The notes below the pieces were generated by a model that was not told the DNA's origin, searched no databases, and saw only the letters and a program-made list of their open reading frames with translations. Position numbers and translations under genes: made by a program. A stretch of DNA of 62,962 bases, filler included, from Asterionella formosa (taxonomy: Eukaryota), in the NCBI GenBank assembly GCA_002256025.1. It is 25 parts of 25 records of this genome, joined end to end, with 100 filler letters (N's around TTAATTAATTAA, not from the genome) between each part and the next. Parts side by side here need not be neighbours in the genome. Positions count along the whole stretch, not along the records: positions 59,880 to 61,371 come from NKIB01002210.1; positions 61,472 to 62,962 come from NKIB01002212.1; 23 more parts are not named here. The stretch is one strand, 5' to 3'. Below are positions 59,948-62,962 of the stretch, one piece after another (within the stretch, counting starts at the first letter, position 1; the number at the start of each line of letters is the position of its first letter).

Positions 59948-61792
59948 GGTGATCACGTAATATAGTGATGATCAGGAATGCATGCATGATACTCTGATCA
60001 AATAATGAACGTGATGTATTCAGATAATATATAGATATATTCAAGAAAGCATTTTGATGTATTCATCTAATTCATGTGATCCATTCAAAATCAACTAGGT
60101 TTATTTACGTGATGGTCACTTCACGTAATACTCGGCTTAGATGCAGTTCCAAATTTTTTTCAGTGGGTCACAGCATTTCTTTACTGCCACCTGGTACCTG
60201 GTAGTGTACAGTGCATCTACCGGGAACGTAGTGGTAAAAAATTAAACTCCCAGTTAAACCCTTAGTGGAAGCTAGCACTAGCAGTTTACTCGTACTCCAC
60301 TACTGTCCACAAAGCTAGCGACAATACCGGTACTGGTAGCAGCTACCATTGCTCCTATCGACTGGTACTGGTACTGGTACCGGGTACCAGGGTACCGTAA
60401 CAGGGTACGTGTATGCGGTGAATTGACAATTGTATATATTAGAGTACTTAATATGGAGTCACCATGAGTACATATACTTTTGTACTATATTACAGTAAAT
60501 AGAGGACCAAGTCGATTACTGGTAGGTATGTCTATTTATCATATAACCGAAATGAAGTGAATCAATCAATGTGTAGCTACATATATTGAAAAATAGTGAG
60601 AAAAAAATGTAACTACAGAAGTATGAAATCATGCATCTGTGTAATAATAACCTAAATATATACTAGCTGTGTATGACCACCAATGTGATGATCAGCAGAT
60701 ATCAATTGATTGGCAATCTAATCTGTGGCACTGTTCTATCTGGAATATATACCTCATACATTTTGTCAATTTGCAATGTGGCAGTGAAAAGAATGCAGCT
60801 CAAAGTAGGGTAGTCATCATTTCCACACAACGCTTTGCCAAGCAACAATACTCCACTTTTTTACTCTATCCTGCACATCCCTCTTAACATTTGTAGCCAC
60901 CTCACAAACCTAGTTCCAACTTTGCATTCCTACCAAAGAACAAATAGCTTTTGGTGTAACAGAAAGACTACAATACTGACAAAATTGCTTCCTCTCTCCT
61001 AACTCTTTGATGCACATCCTGCATCATTTCTGTTGGTTCATCAACTTGTTAATTGTTGAAAACTTCTTTCTGGACTCTCAATCATCATTCTGCATACTTG
61101 TCACTCCTTCTACCACCAATAATACTAGTAGTCAGAAGTCAAAACTCCTTCAAGATGAGAGTTGATTGCCTGATGTCATCCACCATACTTTCAAAACTAG
61201 GCGATATTGCATCTCGATCTGCTGGGAGTACAACCCAAGTATATCCTGCAGGTAAGAAGTACCTGTAGTCTACCGATGCTGCATACCTCATTCATGTACC
61301 ATGGTACCATACCTGGTACCAGGTACCAGGTACCAATGGTACATAAATGAGGATGGGGTTTAATTTTTGTGNNNNNNNNNNNNNNNNNNNNNNNNNNNNN
61401 NNNNNNNNNNNNNNNTTAATTAATTAANNNNNNNNNNNNNNNNNNNNNNNNNNNNNNNNNNNNNNNNNNNNGGTATTTCGTTTCGCTTGTTACCCCCCCT
61501 TATATTTCCTATATTGTTCTTAATTAAGTAAAAAGCTTAAATAAAAGAAACGCCCACCCTGTTGTGCTTCTCCTTCAGTACTATAAAAACACATGAAGGA
61601 AAATTATGTCTATCAAACGTCGAAATCCGGGTTTTTTCATGTGCACAATCCTGCTAAGACAATACACAACAATCAACCACAAAACATAGACCCTCCCTGG
61701 GGATGGAAACTACTTGGCCATACTTCAACTTGGCCGTAGTTCTATTACAGGAAAAAATCCGGGTTTCTTCATGTGCAGCGACCCCTCCCCTG

Positions 61793-62962
61793 GCCAGGAG
61801 GGCAGGGGATGTGCCATCAGTAGGCCTGTGGAAGGAGGCACGGATGTTGCCAATGTGTGCCTTGGCGGGTGCCCGACGGGCCAGAGCTTATGCCAAGGCC
61901 TCGGGTCTCAAAACCTGGCTTCAGGCCCACCGGAAACGTGGTTACCCACCACCGTTACTGTGGCTAGTAGTAACTATTGGCAGCCACTAGCTGACTCGCT
62001 GGAGGAGGACCTGGAGGATGTAATCGAGTGTTCACATTCACTCGAAAACCCCACCAGTTACCACCAGGAAAGGTTGGATGGTATGGCCAAGAAGTTCACT
62101 ACAACATGTCACCAGGTGGCAGAGGACCTGAACCTCCACCAACGGGTGGCGGGACAATACCCACTGAACTGCTACAGGCATGTTTGGCGGAGGAACGGGC
62201 CCTACTTTCCCACCTTCAAAACTATCGGGAAGAGGAGCCCGCCCCGCCACCATCCGCTCCAATGACGGACTCACTAGGAACCCTACTCAACTTTGCGTAT
62301 GAGAGGGGACTGGTGGCCCAGTCGTGGGCTGAGTCACTGGTCGTCTCAATACCTAAGAAAGGGGACTTGGCTGATATGAACAACTATCGGGGGATTTCGC
62401 TCATGGCCACTGTCCTCAAGGTGGTGTGTGTGATCCTTGGTACCAGGATAAATGTGGAAGCGGAATCTCGAGGGCTGTTTAGCCGAGCCCAGGCTTCCAC
62501 CGGAAACGTGGTTAAACTATCTCACCGAAATGTGGCAAAACTAGGTGGGTGGGATAGGATTCTTGATGCTATGGGTGGCATGCACTGGAGTTCTGTCTCC
62601 TACCCCACTCCCACCTGAGTATTCACTATCATGACTACTCGCGGGACCTCTCTCTAAGCCTGGCAGGTCGAGATGCGGTTCCGGGCACGGGGAGACCAAA
62701 AAAAGTGCCGAAACAAACACGTGCTTCGACAAATTATAGGAATCGACGGAGTGTCGTTCCACCCGCAGCTCCTCGGGGGCTGAACCAAGAAATTGGGACA
62801 GCTGAATTTGTGCAGGAGACTGGAGATTCTGCCAGAACAGCGTTTGTGGGCCCTTTCCAAGGGGGGACACAAGGAGAGGAGGAAAAGGAACCTGGAGGAG
62901 AGGGAAGCATGGGGAGACCACAGGGTGGTGACCAGAGAGTAGGGGAGAACAGGGGACCACAT
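61793..62962 (+). mobile_element. Rearranged mosaic of LINE fragments, same family as 35969-37466
   Basis: 61793-61925 is the reverse complement of 36570-36702 (one mismatch); RT N-terminal motifs IPTE, W..SLVVSIPKKGDLADMNNYRGISL, AQA at about 62150-62495. Confidence 0.88.

Noticed and set aside
61927..62536. Hammerhead or other ribozyme, or a CRISPR repeat, at CCACCGGAAACGTGG
   Set aside because: No CUGANGA core nearby; only two exact copies 570 bp apart; no cas genes.

Overview
This is not a contiguous locus. It is a pseudo-scaffold of about 25 short contigs (about 1.49-1.50 kb each) plus one 24.7-kb gene-rich scaffold (6399-31073, with internal N gaps), joined by an artificial 100-bp linker (N44-TTAATTAATTAA-N44). 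The organism is a eukaryote with a complex red plastid, most likely a diatom: short GT-AG introns, an AxA|FAP bipartite plastid presequence on pyruvate kinase, and diatom-type (CoDi-like) Copia elements. The long scaffold carries ordinary host genes: RLP24, plastid pyruvate kinase, IGHMBP2-like helicase, FZL-like GTPase, a hypothetical protein, GT8 glycosyltransferase, CAP protein, flavin disulfide oxidoreductase, AIM24 and an SLC35F-like transporter. The short contigs are mostly transposon pieces (several Copia families, a LINE, a Tc1/mariner relic, probable Harbinger and Crypton-like ORFs), plus a 5S rRNA gene, an HpcH aldolase and a partial phosphate transporter. Main leads: (1) two divergent Copia families have, directly after the 5' LTR where the tRNA primer-binding site should be, a 12-bp perfect palindrome, and the two versions differ only by compensatory pairs; (2) palindromic GGTACC/TACCTGG micro-arrays recur in non-coding, often promoter-proximal DNA; (3) a scrambled LINE mosaic reuses the same 18-bp junction; (4) a 971-bp tandem or circular unit contains one LTR; (5) two tRNA-like Pol III elements lack an anticodon arm.
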